This document shows positions 1 to 12,413 of a DNA stretch of 64,000 nucleotides, in pieces. This DNA is from Acidimicrobiales bacterium (GTDB lineage Bacteria > Actinomycetota > Acidimicrobiia > Acidimicrobiales > JAHEJN01). Below the pieces are notes generated by a model that was not told the origin of the DNA, did not search any database, and worked only from the letters and a program-made list of their open reading frames with translations. The stretch covers positions 84,344 to 148,343 of the forward strand of contig JAHEJN010000001.1 of the NCBI GenBank assembly GCA_024638845.1, in the 5' to 3' direction. Both the position numbers and the translations under genes were made by a program. Within the stretch, counting starts at the first letter, position 1. Each line of letters starts with the position of its first letter.

Positions 1-1431
1 ATGTCAGCGAGCCCATCTGCGTGTCCGACCCTTCGCTTCCTGGGCGGAACGCGCACGGTCACTGGCAGCCGGTTCCTCCTCGACCGGCCCCAGTCCACCG
101 CGACCGGCGCTCGCTTCCGACTTCTCGTCGACTGCGGCATGTTCCAGGGACGCAAGGAGCTGCGGCTCGCGAACTGGGCGCCCTTTCCGGTGCCGCCCGA
201 CTCGATCGACGCCGTCGTCCTCACCCATGCCCACATCGACCACAGCGGCTATCTCCCGGCGCTCGGTCGCAACGGATTCCGTGGCCCGATCTACGCGACT
301 CCTGACACGATAGAACTGTGCCGAATCATGCTGGCCGACGCCGCCCACCTCCAGGAGGAGGACGCGCGCCATGCGAACAGGAAGGGCTACAGCAAGCACA
401 AGCCCGCTCTTCCGCTGTTCACGAGCGCCGACGCCGCGGCGTTGATGACGCAGTTCCGCCCCGTCGACTACCACGTCCCCCACCGGCTGGGTCCCGATGT
501 GGCTATCACGCTGCAACCGGCCGGGCACATCCTCGGATCCGCCTCGGTGCTGGCCGAGGTGGGGCCCCAGCCCGGCCGGCGGGTGTTGGTCAGCGGCGAC
601 CTCGGGCGGTCGAACCACCCGCTGTTGCGACCGGCACCTGATCCCCCCGACGCCGATGTGATCCTCGTCGAGTCGACGTATGGCGATCGTCTCCACCCAT
701 CGGCCGACGACGAGATCGGGGAGCTCGTGACGGCCATCACCGACACGGCCGGCCGAGGTGGAATGGTCGTGATCCCCGCGTTCGCGGTCGATCGGACCGA
801 GGTGGTGCTGCACACGCTCTCCCAGCTCATGAGCGACGGCCGAATCCCACGCCTACCCATCCATGTCGACAGTCCGATGGCGCTGCGCGTGCTCGACGTG
901 TACCGGAAGGCAGCCGACACCGCCGATCCGCAGCTCCGCGAGTCGGCCTGGCGATCGATCGCCTTCGACGCCGGCCAGATCCACGAGTGCCCGACCGCCC
1001 AGCAGTCGATTGCGCTGAACGAGCTCACGTATCCGTCGATCATCATCTCGGCGTCGGGGATGGCCACCGGCGGCCGCGTGCTGCATCATCTGGCCCGGCT
1101 GCTCCCCGATCCGGACAACTGCGTCCTGCTCACCGGCTTCCAGGCTGCCGGCACCCGGGGCCGGTCGCTGGCCGACGGCGCCACGAGCGTGAAGATGTTC
1201 GGCCGCTACGTACCCGTTCGCGCCGGTGTGCACATGATCGACGGTTTCTCCGTCCACGCCGACGCTGCGGAGATCACCGAGTGGCTCCGTCGGGCATCCC
1301 GACCGCCCGAGACGTGCTACATCGTCCACGGCGAAGAGCATGCGAGCGAAGCCCTCCGGCACCGCATCGAGACCGACCTCGGCTGGACGACGGTGGTGCC
1401 ACGTCAAGGAGAGATCGTCCGCCTCGACTGA
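1..1431 (+). CDS. MBL-fold metallo-hydrolase of the beta-CASP / RNA-processing nuclease type
   Basis: 476-aa ORF. It has N-terminal LRFLGGTRTVTGSRFLL, the metal motif HAHIDHSG (HxHxDH) and C-terminal FSVHAD, as in beta-CASP nucleases. The ATG sits at window position 1, so the true start could lie upstream. Confidence 0.8.
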   Translation: MSASPSACPTLRFLGGTRTVTGSRFLLDRPQSTATGARFRLLVDCGMFQGRKELRLANWAPFPVPPDSIDAVVLTHAHIDHSGYLPALGRNGFRGPIYATPDTIELCRIMLADAAHLQEEDARHANRKGYSKHKPALPLFTSADAAALMTQFRPVDYHVPHRLGPDVAITLQPAGHILGSASVLAEVGPQPGRRVLVSGDLGRSNHPLLRPAPDPPDADVILVESTYGDRLHPSADDEIGELVTAITDTAGRGGMVVIPAFAVDRTEVVLHTLSQLMSDGRIPRLPIHVDSPMALRVLDVYRKAADTADPQLRESAWRSIAFDAGQIHECPTAQQSIALNELTYPSIIISASGMATGGRVLHHLARLLPDPDNCVLLTGFQAAGTRGRSLADGATSVKMFGRYVPVRAGVHMIDGFSVHADAAEITEWLRRASRPPETCYIVHGEEHASEALRHRIETDLGWTTVVPRQGEIVRLD

Positions 1432-1505
1432 AGCCCGCCCCGCGCCCCGCGAACGGAGACCAGGCTCGGTCATGCGCCCCCGGTCCGTCGCCGGAACGAG
1501 ACCCG

Positions 1506-1579
<74 letters not shown>

Positions 1580-1610
1580 GTGCCCCCGAGGGGTGCACAG
1601 CCCGCAAACT

Positions 1611-2405
1611 CTATCGGGGTGTGCTGCGAGCGTCACCCTTGCCGGGGGCCTGCGCCGGAGGGCGTTTCGACGCCGTTCTTGCCTGGGAGGCCTGACGACG
1701 AACCTGTTGTGAAGGGCGACCCGAACGACGGGGACGGAACCGGGCCGACTCCTCCTCGATGACCGTGACGCGGAGACCACCGGTGAGATCGCTGATGAGA
1801 TTGAAGAGCACCGCAAGCAAGACGTTGAACGCCGTGCCCGCGATGACGAGGACGAATCCGCTGAGTGCCACGCCGCGGAAGATCCGCTCGGCGTTGATGG
1901 TGAACTCCTCGAGCGCGAACAACTCGCGGACGAAGTTCTCGATCTTCTCGATGACGCCGGCCGACTCCGCGGCTCCCCACAACATCACCCCGGCGATCAT
2001 CAGGATGACCCAGAGGCACAGGTAGAAGATGACCGAGATCTTCAGCACCGACCACGGTTCGATGTGCCGGACGATGCGGCGGACCCGACGGGCCTGCAGG
2101 CGAACCCGTCGTCGGCGCTCGCGGCTGGGAAGGTCGCCGGCCCGCAAGGCTCGCTTCGGTGGTGGGGTGGCGGCCGGAGGCACCACGAGGCTGTTGTCTT
2201 GGGTCGGAACCGGGGCGTTCTGATCGAACACGGATGGAGAGTCGACCGTCGGTGCAACGAAGACCGACTCGGCGACACCGTTGTTGGCCGCGACGACCTC
2301 GTCCTCGTCCTGGCCACCAACGGCAGGAATCGCGCCGGTCAACGGCTCGGCTTCTTGCGACACAACTCGAAGTGTACGGGATCGACCACCGGCAACGGTT
2401 GGCAT
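1611..2405 (-). CDS. DUF3566-type transmembrane protein, the conserved actinobacterial gene found downstream of gyrA
   Basis: The C-terminal core IEPWSVLKISVIFYLCLWVILMIAGVMLWG...LLAVLFNLISDLTGGLRVTV is typical of DUF3566. The ORF runs to 2450. I place the start at ATG 2405, with GTG 2363 as an alternative. The start is uncertain. Confidence 0.65.
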   Translation of the reverse strand: MPTVAGGRSRTLRVVSQEAEPLTGAIPAVGGQDEDEVVAANNGVAESVFVAPTVDSPSVFDQNAPVPTQDNSLVVPPAATPPPKRALRAGDLPSRERRRRVRLQARRVRRIVRHIEPWSVLKISVIFYLCLWVILMIAGVMLWGAAESAGVIEKIENFVRELFALEEFTINAERIFRGVALSGFVLVIAGTAFNVLLAVLFNLISDLTGGLRVTVIEEESARFRPRRSGRPSQQVRRQASQARTASKRPPAQAPGKGDARSTPR

Positions 2406-2968
2406 AGGCCCGAAGAAGGTCCGAATCGGGCGAGAGCGGGTACGAACCACCCGGCCACGTCGATGGCCAGACCCCGCTCGTGGAGGGAGGTGCCCGGGGG
2501 CGCGACAGGATAGGGATTCTCGGCTCGGTGCTCCCAGAGGCGGCGCTGCTCGGCCTCCGAGCGAGCCCCCGACACGATCGGGATCGACCGTCCCATGGCT
2601 GCCTCTGTGGTCCCGATGGCGGCAACGAGAGCAGGGGCGAGACCACGAGCGTCGACGGCTGACCCACGGGCAGCGCCGACCCGCTCGACCCTGCCGATGC
2701 GAGCCGTCACGATGACGCCGCCGCCCTCGGCCACGATCGAGACCGCGTCGACACCGTTGGCCGCCGCGACATCAGGGGCGGTGCTCGGTGCCACGACGGC
2801 GGCGAGAGCCGTGGCGTCGGCTGCGGTCTGCGCGGCCGCGAGTCGATGGGCGTGCATCCCGACCCGCACGACGATCCACAGCACACCCACGGCGACAGCC
2901 AGCAGCAGGGCCGAGAACGGAATCGCCTGTGCTCGCTCGTATCGATTGAATGTTTCGCGGTCGGCCAC
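2339..2968 (-). CDS. Membrane-anchored M15B/VanY-like D-Ala-D-Ala carboxypeptidase family protein
   Basis: 209 aa with an N-terminal TM helix (FSALLLAVAVGVLWIVV). It carries the motifs SGARSEAEQRRLW, SLHERGLAIDV (H-x3-G-x-A-x-D) and DPVHFE. Confidence 0.7.
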   Translation of the reverse strand: MADRETFNRYERAQAIPFSALLLAVAVGVLWIVVRVGMHAHRLAAAQTAADATALAAVVAPSTAPDVAAANGVDAVSIVAEGGGVIVTARIGRVERVGAARGSAVDARGLAPALVAAIGTTEAAMGRSIPIVSGARSEAEQRRLWEHRAENPYPVAPPGTSLHERGLAIDVAGWFVPALARFGPSSGLCQPLPVVDPVHFELCRKKPSR

Positions 2969-3007
2969 GGCTCCTCCTGCAAGCGTTGTCGCAGGGGAAG
3001 TGCGGCT

Positions 3008-5521
3008 TCAGTCGTTGTCGACGACGGTGTCGGCGGCGTCACCACCGGCCGGGTCGTCGCCATCTTCATCTTGGTCGGCTTGGGTTACCGGCGCAAGGGC
3101 CGCGACCGACGCCTCGTCGGGTACGTTCATGACTCGGACACCGGTGGCATCGCGGCCCTGAACCGAGATGTCGGAGACCGCCATGCGAATGATCACTCCC
3201 GAGGACGCGATCACGAATACCTGATCATTGTCGTGTACAGCCAACACGCCGGCCACCTCCTTGCGGGCGCCGGTCAGCTTGATGCCGCGCACACCCAGGC
3301 CGCCGCGACCCTTGGTGGGGTACTTGTCGACCGGCGTGCGTTTCCCGTAGCCCGAGCTGGTGATGTGCATCAGCGAGGTTCCGTCCTCGGCCACTGCGGT
3401 ACCGACCACCTCGTCGTCGCCCCGGAACTTCATGCCGATCACACCGGCCGCCGAGCGACCCATAGGACGCACGTCGCTCTCGCTGAAGCGGATGGTCTGC
3501 CCCGCCCGTGACGACACGAGGATGTCGTCTTCGCCGCTCGTGGGCATCACCGAGACCAGCTCGTCACCGTTGTTGAGCTTGATGGCGATGAAGCCGTCCC
3601 GGCGGCTCTTGTCGTACTCGTTGAACTTCGTCTTCTTCACCCGTCCGAGTCGGGTGGTGAAGAAGAGATACCGGTTGGTCTCGTAGTCGCGCGTGTCGAT
3701 CACCGCGGCCACCGCTTCGTCGGGATCGAGCTGGAGGAGGTTCACGATCGCCGTTCCTCGCGCCGTGCGACTGGTCATGGGCACTTCGTGGGCCTTGATG
3801 CGGTAGACCTTGCCGAAGGTGGTGAAGAACAACAGGTAGGCGTGCGCGCTCGTGTGCATGAGTCGGGTCACGTAGTCGCCGTCGCGGAGATTGGCACCCG
3901 ATACACCCCGACCGCCACGGCCCTGGGTGCGGAACTCGTCGACCGACACGGTCTTCACGTACCCGAGCGACGAGAGGGTGAAGACGAGCTCCTCGTCGTC
4001 GATGAGGTCCTCGATGTCGAGCGCACCGGGATCGTGGGTGAGCACGCTGCGGCGCTCGGTGGCGAACTCGTCGCGGATGGCCGCCATCTCTTCCTTGATG
4101 ACCGCACGCAGCTCGGCCTCGTCGCCGAGAATGGCTTCGAGCTCGGCGATGGTCTCGGCCAGCTTCGCCATCTCCTCGTCGAGCTCGGCTCGGCCCAGGC
4201 GGGTGAGGCGACCCAACGGGAGATCGAGAATGTGATTGGCCTGGACCTCGGTGAACTCGAACCCGTCGGCCATGAGACCCTCGCGAGCCTCGCTGCGGTC
4301 GGCGGACCCACGGATCAGGGCGATGATGGCGTCGAGCATGTCGAGGGCCTTGAGCAGCCCCTCGACGATGTGGGCCCGCGCCTGCGCCTTGGCCAGACGG
4401 AACTCGGAGCGACGGGTAACGACATCGATCTGGTGATCGACATAGGCCACCAGGGCGTCGCGGAGGTTCAGCGTCCGCGGAATGCCGTCGACCAGAGCAA
4501 CCATGTTCGCCGAGAAGGTGGTCTGCAGCGGCGTGTACTTGAACAGGTTGTTCAGGATCACCAGCGCGGGAGCGTCGCGCTTGAGGTCGAACACGAGGCG
4601 GGTCTTGCCCTTGGCCGACTCGTTGCGAATGGCACGAATACCGTCGAGGTCGCCGCGATCGACCATCTCGGCCGCTTTCTGGGCGATGGCATCGACGTTG
4701 GTCTGATACGGGATGGCGGTGACGACGATCTGGGTGGGACCGTGCCCGTCCGGTTCGACGATCTCGGCGTCGGCTCGCATGCGAATCGACCCGCGACCGG
4801 TGCGGTAGGCGTCCTCGATGCCGGCCCGGCCCAGGATCTTGCCGCCGGTCGGGAAGTCGGGGCCTTTGACGAAGGCCATCAGGTCGTCGGGGGTGGCCTC
4901 GGGGTTGTCGATCAGGTGCACCGTGGCATCGATGACCTCGCCCAGGTTGTGCGGCGGGATGTTCGTGGCCATTCCCACCGCGATGCCCTGGCCGCCGCTG
5001 ACCAGCAGGTTCGGGAAGCGGCTCGGCAGGGCAATCGGCTCGATACGCGAGCCGTCGAAGTTGTCGGTGAAGTCGACGGTGTCCTCGTCGATGGAGGCCA
5101 ACATGTGCATCGCCAGCGACGACAGCCGACACTCCGTGTAGCGCATCGCGGCGGGAGGGTCCGACGGCGAACCGAAGTTGCCGTGGGGCGAGATCAGGGG
5201 ATGGCGCAACGAGAAGTGTTGGCCCAGGCGCACCAGTGCGTCGTAGATGGCGGTATCACCGTGTGGGTGGTACTTGCCCATGACGTCACCGACGACTGTC
5301 GCACACTTCACGTGGCTGCGATCGGGACGAATCCCCTGGTCGTGCATGCTCCAGAGGATGCGGCGGTGAACCGGCTTGAGGCCGTCACGTGCGTCGGGGA
5401 GGGCCCGCGACACGATGACCGACATGGCGTAGTCGAGGAACGACTGCTCCATCTCCTCCTGGATCTCGATGGCCTCGATGGCGCCGCCGAGCGGCGCGTC
5501 GGAGGGTGGGAAATCGCTCAT
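3008..5521 (-). CDS. gyrA: DNA gyrase subunit A
   Basis: Motifs include [26 protein letters not shown], the active-site Tyr region [10 protein letters not shown] and C-terminal beta-pinwheel repeats. The ORF extends to 5572. I moved the start to ATG 5521 (MSDFPP...), 19 nt after the gyrB stop. Confidence 0.95.
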   Translation of the reverse strand: MSDFPPSDAPLGGAIEAIEIQEEMEQSFLDYAMSVIVSRALPDARDGLKPVHRRILWSMHDQGIRPDRSHVKCATVVGDVMGKYHPHGDTAIYDALVRLGQHFSLRHPLISPHGNFGSPSDPPAAMRYTECRLSSLAMHMLASIDEDTVDFTDNFDGSRIEPIALPSRFPNLLVSGGQGIAVGMATNIPPHNLGEVIDATVHLIDNPEATPDDLMAFVKGPDFPTGGKILGRAGIEDAYRTGRGSIRMRADAEIVEPDGHGPTQIVVTAIPYQTNVDAIAQKAAEMVDRGDLDGIRAIRNESAKGKTRLVFDLKRDAPALVILNNLFKYTPLQTTFSANMVALVDGIPRTLNLRDALVAYVDHQIDVVTRRSEFRLAKAQARAHIVEGLLKALDMLDAIIALIRGSADRSEAREGLMADGFEFTEVQANHILDLPLGRLTRLGRAELDEEMAKLAETIAELEAILGDEAELRAVIKEEMAAIRDEFATERRSVLTHDPGALDIEDLIDDEELVFTLSSLGYVKTVSVDEFRTQGRGGRGVSGANLRDGDYVTRLMHTSAHAYLLFFTTFGKVYRIKAHEVPMTSRTARGTAIVNLLQLDPDEAVAAVIDTRDYETNRYLFFTTRLGRVKKTKFNEYDKSRRDGFIAIKLNNGDELVSVMPTSGEDDILVSSRAGQTIRFSESDVRPMGRSAAGVIGMKFRGDDEVVGTAVAEDGTSLMHITSSGYGKRTPVDKYPTKGRGGLGVRGIKLTGARKEVAGVLAVHDNDQVFVIASSGVIIRMAVSDISVQGRDATGVRVMNVPDEASVAALAPVTQADQDEDGDDPAGGDAADTVVDND

Positions 5522-5540
5522 ACCTGATCCTCTCGCCGAC

Positions 5541-7553
<2,013 letters not shown>

Positions 7554-7621
7554 TCACCTGGGAAATCACAACTACGAGAGTCTATCAGAGCCGGTGCCTG
7601 TTCCGAGGCACTGCGGACCCC

Positions 7622-7948
7622 TCATCGAGGCTGGACGCGCACCACGATCTTGGTGACCGCGCGAGGGCCGACGAGCTCGTCGATGCGTTCGATCACCACC
7701 GGTTCGAGCAGCCGGAGCTGCGTGCTCCAGGCCGGGTCATGGGCCGCCACCGTCAGATGGGATTTCTCGAGACCGACGGGCTGGCAATTGGCGGCCACGG
7801 CCTCGCCCACGAGATCGCTCCACCGGCCGAAGATCACGCTCAACGCCGCCGCCGACGGCACCCCGATCGATCGGGCCACCCGGTCGAGCCCGTCCTCGAG
7901 CGGACGCGGCTCGCTTCCTCTTCCGGTCGGCAGTGGTTCCCATGGCAT
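7622..7948 (-). CDS. dciA: DUF721 / DciA-family protein (putative replicative helicase operator)
   Basis: 108 aa lying between recF and gyrB, as Rv0004 does in mycobacteria. It has the motif W..LVGE..A....P..L....L.V......W...L. Confidence 0.75.
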   Translation of the reverse strand: MPWEPLPTGRGSEPRPLEDGLDRVARSIGVPSAAALSVIFGRWSDLVGEAVAANCQPVGLEKSHLTVAAHDPAWSTQLRLLEPVVIERIDELVGPRAVTKIVVRVQPR

Positions 7949-7951
7949 GCC

Positions 7952-9064
7952 TCAGTCTGTCCCGAACGAGCGCGACGCGCTCGCTCCTTCGCCGACGAGG
8001 CGACCGTCGGTGACCGAAATCGTCTGGTCGGGGCGGGCGCCATCGGGCAGCGGACCGGCCGTCGAGATGAACACCTGGCCGACGGGCAGAGACTGGAGCA
8101 GAGCCGCAGACCGACCGGGGTCGAGCTCGGAGAACACGTCGTCGAGGAGCAGGATGGGGCTCGAGCCGTGCACCTCGGTCAGGTGCTGATGGGCCGCCAG
8201 ACGCAACGACAAGGCGACCGTGCGCTGTTCGCCCTGCGACGCGCGGTTGCGGGCGACCAGGCCGGCGAGAACCAGCTCGATCTCGTCGCGGTGGGGCCCG
8301 ACGGTGGTCAGGCCGCGTCGAACGTCGGTGGCACGAGCCTCGGCCAGCGAGGCGGCGAGACCGCTCTGGCGCCACGGTGGACGATACGTGGCCTCCAGCT
8401 CGTCGAGGGTGCCGCTCAGGCGACGATAGGCGTCGTGCAGTGTCGGACGCAGCTCGTCGAGCGTCACTGCTCGCAGCTCGGCCCACTGCTCCCCGAGGGT
8501 GCTGAGCTTGGCGTCCCACACGTCGAGGGTGGTCTCGGCACTCGCGTCGAGTCGACCGCGGGCCCCCTTCAAGAGAGCGTTGCGCTGGCGCAACACCTTG
8601 TCGAGATCGTCACGGAGCTGATCATTCGCCGCGTTCCGGTTCACCAGCAGATCGTCGAGGAAGTCGCGGCGGCCGGCCGGGCCGCCCTTCACCAACTCGA
8701 GGTCATCGGGCGTGAACACCGACACGAGCAGCAGACCGAGCAGGTCGCGCCGGCGGGCCAGCCGTTGGCGGTTCACTTGCACGCGGCTCCGACCGCGACC
8801 TCCGATCTCACACTCGATGAGCAACTCCCGTGTGTCGCGTCGGGCCATGCCGCGAACGACTGCGTTGTCGGCGCCGTGGCGGACCATCACCTCGGGGCTC
8901 ACGCCCCGCAACGATCGCAACGTGGCGAGGTAGCCGATCGCCTCGAGCAGATTGGTCTTTCCCTGACCGTTGGCGCCGGTGACCACGACCAGACCGGTCG
9001 AGAAGGCCACGTCTACCTCGACATACGAGCGGAAGTCGCGCAGTGCCAGCTGCTCGACCTGCAC
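7952..9064 (-). CDS. recF: DNA replication and repair protein RecF
   Basis: 370 aa with Walker A GANGQGKTNLLEA and an SMC-like signature/Walker B region ILLLDDVFSELD. It sits immediately downstream of dnaN. Confidence 0.95.
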   Translation of the reverse strand: MQVEQLALRDFRSYVEVDVAFSTGLVVVTGANGQGKTNLLEAIGYLATLRSLRGVSPEVMVRHGADNAVVRGMARRDTRELLIECEIGGRGRSRVQVNRQRLARRRDLLGLLLVSVFTPDDLELVKGGPAGRRDFLDDLLVNRNAANDQLRDDLDKVLRQRNALLKGARGRLDASAETTLDVWDAKLSTLGEQWAELRAVTLDELRPTLHDAYRRLSGTLDELEATYRPPWRQSGLAASLAEARATDVRRGLTTVGPHRDEIELVLAGLVARNRASQGEQRTVALSLRLAAHQHLTEVHGSSPILLLDDVFSELDPGRSAALLQSLPVGQVFISTAGPLPDGARPDQTISVTDGRLVGEGASASRSFGTD

Positions 9065-9069
9065 GACCT

Positions 9070-10164
9070 CTACGACACCCGTACGGGCATCAACAGGTAC
9101 AAGAAGTCCTCGTCACCGACCGAGCGCAGAACCGCCGGCTTCAGGGCGTCGACGGTCTCGAGACGGATCTCCTCACCCGTCGACACTTCGACGCCGGTCA
9201 ACAGGTACTCGGGATTGAACGCGACCGTCAGATCGAGCCCGTCGTAGGTCGCATCGATGGCCTCGTGGGCCTGACCGACGTCCTGGGTCATGGCAATGAG
9301 CTCGAGCCCGTCGGCGGTCATGGCCATGCGCAGTGGTGTGCTCTCCTGGGCCAGCAGGCGAACCCGTCGGATCGCATCGAGCAGCTCGCCACGCGAGACC
9401 ACCAGATTGTTGGGGTGGTTCTCGGGGATCAGTCCCCGGTAGTTCGGGAAGTCCCCTTCGATGAGACGCGTGGTCAGCACCGTCGTCCCGATCGAGAACG
9501 AGGCTTCGTTGTCGCCGAGGTGCAGGGTGATCTCCTCGGTGGTGCCGATCACCCGACCCAGTTCGGCCAACGCCCGCGACGGTACGAGCACCTGTTGACC
9601 CTCGGCGAGGATCGATGTGCCCGGAAGATCTCGCACCGCGAGACGATACGAGTCGGTGGCGACCAGTCGCAGCCCGTTCGGCTCGGCGGCGAGCAACACG
9701 CCCGTGAGGATGGGCCGTGAATCGTCGGCACTCGCGGCGGGAACGACCTGACGAAGCGCATCGGCCAACGCCTTGGCATCGATGGTCATCGCCTCACCGG
9801 TGGCCACGCCCACCTGGGGGAATTCCTCGGCCGCGATCGTGCGGAGGGAGAAGTCCGAGCGGCCCCCTGCGATCTGCACGTCACCGTCGGCGAGCTCGAG
9901 GGTGACTGCACCCGGTTCGATGGCCCGAACCACGTCGGCAACGAGCTTCGACGGGATCACCACGACGCCATCATCGACGCCGGCCACCTCGATCGACGAG
10001 GTGATGGTGAGATCGAGATCACTCCCGGTGACCGTGAGCGAGTTGTCGTGCAATTCGAGACGCAGGCCGGCGAGAACCGGGAGACTTCCGCCACGGCTGC
10101 TGACGGCACGGCCTGCTGTCGCGAGCGCCTCGGCCAACACGTCGCGTTCACATCGGAACTTCAC
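9070..10164 (-). CDS. dnaN: DNA polymerase III beta sliding clamp
   Basis: The ORF runs to 10257. I moved the start to GTG 10164 (VKFRCERDVL...), which matches canonical DnaN N-termini. A GAGGAA Shine-Dalgarno-like element lies just upstream. Confidence 0.93.
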   Translation of the reverse strand: MKFRCERDVLAEALATAGRAVSSRGGSLPVLAGLRLELHDNSLTVTGSDLDLTITSSIEVAGVDDGVVVIPSKLVADVVRAIEPGAVTLELADGDVQIAGGRSDFSLRTIAAEEFPQVGVATGEAMTIDAKALADALRQVVPAASADDSRPILTGVLLAAEPNGLRLVATDSYRLAVRDLPGTSILAEGQQVLVPSRALAELGRVIGTTEEITLHLGDNEASFSIGTTVLTTRLIEGDFPNYRGLIPENHPNNLVVSRGELLDAIRRVRLLAQESTPLRMAMTADGLELIAMTQDVGQAHEAIDATYDGLDLTVAFNPEYLLTGVEVSTGEEIRLETVDALKPAVLRSVGDEDFLYLLMPVRVS

Positions 10165-10404
10165 AGCTGCTGTTCCTCTACTTTCTTGATAAAGACTAGT
10201 TCTAGTAGTAGGGCTGTGGATCTGTGGGAAAGCGGTGTTTTCCCTGGTCAGACCCATCAGGTCCTTGTGGATTGTGTGACACCATGTTCACAGGTGTCGG
10301 TCGGTGACCGGGTGATGGTGGGGACAACGTCGTGTCGCCCACAGGCCGCCGGGGGTTGCCCACAGTGGCTGAGGACGGAGGTGTGGACCGGCTGGGCCCC
10401 ACGC
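10165..10404. promoter_or_regulatory. Probable oriC core in the dnaA-dnaN spacer: an AT-rich element plus at least 6 DnaA-box-like 9-mers
   Basis: There is an AT-rich run ctctactttcttgataaagactagttctagtagtag (~10176-10212). TGTGGA/TCCACA-type boxes occur at 10215-10223, 10223-10231, 10266-10274, 10335-10343, 10356-10364 (TTGCCCACA) and 10382-10390. Confidence 0.6.
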
Positions 10405-11793
10405 TCACACCTCGCCGTTCTTGATGGACTGGATCATGGCCGTGACCTGGTCGTAGATCTGTCGTCGCTCGGCCATCTGCTTGGAGATCTTGTCGACGGC
10501 GTGGATGACGGTGGTGTGGTCGCGGCCACCGAATTCCCTGGCGATGGCGGGGTAGCTCAGGTCGGTGAGCTCACGGAACACGTACATGGCGATCTGGCGG
10601 GCGGTGACGAGCGGGCGATGCCGTCGTGCACCCTGGATCTCGTCGATGGTGAAGCCGAACTTCTTCGATGTGGCCTCGAGTATGAGCTCGGGGGTGACCG
10701 GCCGTGGCTGTCGGGAGTCGACGATGTCGCGGAGTACGTCCCGGGCCAGATCGGCATCGAGGGGTTTGTTGGTGAGGCTGGCATAGGCGCAAACTCGGAT
10801 GAGGGCACCCTCGAGCTCACGGATGTTCTCGGTGATGTGGGTGGCGATGAACTCGAGCACGTTCCGGGGTACGGGGACCCCGGTGGACTCGGCCTTGCGA
10901 CTGAGGATGGCCAGTCGGGTCTCGAGATCGGGCGGTTGGATGTCGGTGATGAGGCCCATCTTGAACCGGCTACGGAGCCGGTCCTCGAGGGTCGAGATCG
11001 AGTCGGGGGGGCGGTCGGAGGAGATCACGATCTGCCGGTTGGCCTGATGGAGAGTGTTGAAGGTGTGGAAGAACTCCTCCTGGAGTCCCTCCTTGCCTTC
11101 GATGAACTGGATGTCGTCGACCAACAACACGTCGATGTCGCGGTACTTGCGTTTGAAGTGCTGACGGGTGTTCGTGCGGATGGCGTCGACGAACTCGTTG
11201 AGGAATGTCTCGGTGCTGACGTACTGGACGGAGTACTCGGGGTAGTTCTCGATGACGTAGTGGCCTATGGCCTGTAGGAGGTGGGTCTTGCCCAGACCTG
11301 CGTCGCCGTAGATGAACAAGGGGTTGTACGACTTGGCCGGTGTCTCGGCCACGGCGAGCGACGCCGCCTGGGCGAAGCGGTTGGACTGGCCGGTGACGAA
11401 GGTCTCGAAGGTGTAGCGCGGGTTGAGCGAGCCCTCGATCACCGGGCCGCTGCCGCTGGTGGACGGGATGTCGTCGACCACGAGCTCGGGCTCGACCAGA
11501 GCGGGGAGGTCTTCCTCGTGGGTGCTGAACTCGGGGCGCACGTCGATGACCAGATCGAGATGGGCGGCACCGGCGGTGGAAAGCGCATCGCGAACCAGGC
11601 TCAGGTACCGCCCCTCGACCCGTTCCTTCACGATCGCGTTGGGTACCGACAACACGAGCGTCTCGTCGACGACGCCGACCGGCTGGGTGTTGTTGAACGT
11701 CGACTGCCAGACCGCGTCGGAGACCTCGGCTCGAATGGTCGCCGCACAGGAATCCCACACGTTTCCGGGATCGATGTCGTTCACAAGGGGCAT
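10405..11793 (-). CDS. dnaA: Chromosomal replication initiator DnaA
   Basis: It has AAA+ Walker [14 protein letters not shown], Walker B LLVDDIQF and the C-terminal box-binding [13 protein letters not shown]. The ORF extends to 12039. I moved the start to ATG 11793 ([13 protein letters not shown]...). Confidence 0.93.
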   Translation of the reverse strand: MPLVNDIDPGNVWDSCAATIRAEVSDAVWQSTFNNTQPVGVVDETLVLSVPNAIVKERVEGRYLSLVRDALSTAGAAHLDLVIDVRPEFSTHEEDLPALVEPELVVDDIPSTSGSGPVIEGSLNPRYTFETFVTGQSNRFAQAASLAVAETPAKSYNPLFIYGDAGLGKTHLLQAIGHYVIENYPEYSVQYVSTETFLNEFVDAIRTNTRQHFKRKYRDIDVLLVDDIQFIEGKEGLQEEFFHTFNTLHQANRQIVISSDRPPDSISTLEDRLRSRFKMGLITDIQPPDLETRLAILSRKAESTGVPVPRNVLEFIATHITENIRELEGALIRVCAYASLTNKPLDADLARDVLRDIVDSRQPRPVTPELILEATSKKFGFTIDEIQGARRHRPLVTARQIAMYVFRELTDLSYPAIAREFGGRDHTTVIHAVDKISKQMAERRQIYDQVTAMIQSIKNGEV

Positions 11794-11843
11794 CCTGACT
11801 GCTGTTCGGCCGCCGAGGACAGCCAAGCTACGGGGCTTCGTGG

Positions 11844-11875
11844 GCATCCACAACCGCATCCACACATGTGGAAAA
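11844..11875. promoter_or_regulatory. Cluster of three DnaA-box-like motifs upstream of dnaA (autoregulation or second origin module)
   Basis: GCATCCACA occurs at 11844-11852 and 11856-11864, and inverted TGTGGAAAA at 11867-11875. The cluster lies 50-80 bp upstream of the dnaA start, within the 485-bp dnaA-rpmH spacer. Confidence 0.5.
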
Positions 11876-12278
11876 CCTCGGGTCTGCTGGTCATGGAATC
11901 TCTCTTGCGGTACCCGGGACTGGTCGCTCCTCGACCACGTTGCGGAGTCGCATGCAGCGAAGAGGCGAGGACTCGGGAACCTAGCACCCGATCGCTGGAG
12001 GTGCCAGTGGAGCGGGGCCCGATCATTTCGGCAGGTCACATGCCATTTTCATCGGACGGGCCCGAGCCGCGGTCGTTCTCGCGTCCCATGATCACGTCGG
12101 CAGCGTTGCGGTCGACGATCATGGGCTCTAGCGTTGCATCGTTCTCTGCACAGGAGACATCGACGCTTGTGAACTCGTGAACGGCGGCCAGGTCGTGACC
12201 CGGCCCCCGAACCACCACCGGTGTCGAGCTCTTCGCCGGGTCGCGGTGTCGACCCACTCTCCCTAGAGGAATCCCATT

Positions 12279-12413
12279 GTGAAGCGCACTTATCAGCCCA
12301 ACGTCCGCAAACGGGCGAAAAAGCACGGCTTCCGGCATCGCATGTCGACCCGAGCCGGTCGAGCCATCATCAATGCTCGTCGCCAGCGCGGAAGGGCACG
12401 GCTGTCGGCCTGA
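12279..12413 (+). CDS. rpmH: 50S ribosomal protein L34
   Basis: This gene is not listed in the ORF track. It has a GTG start preceded by AGAGGAA. Its translation is [44 protein letters not shown], ending at stop TGA 12411-12413. Confidence 0.95.
   Translation: MKRTYQPNVRKRAKKHGFRHRMSTRAGRAIINARRQRGRARLSA

Noticed and set aside
3788-5527. 579-aa plus-strand ORF
   Set aside because: It lies entirely antisense to gyrA. Similar shadow ORFs at 7460-9247 (opposite recF/dciA), 10048-11277 (opposite dnaA), 25141-26733, 45690-47060 and 49228-50991 were dismissed for the same reason.
12221-12409. Long form of rnpA starting at GTG 12221
   Set aside because: It would overlap the entire rpmH gene out of frame and add 63 residues with no RnpA similarity.
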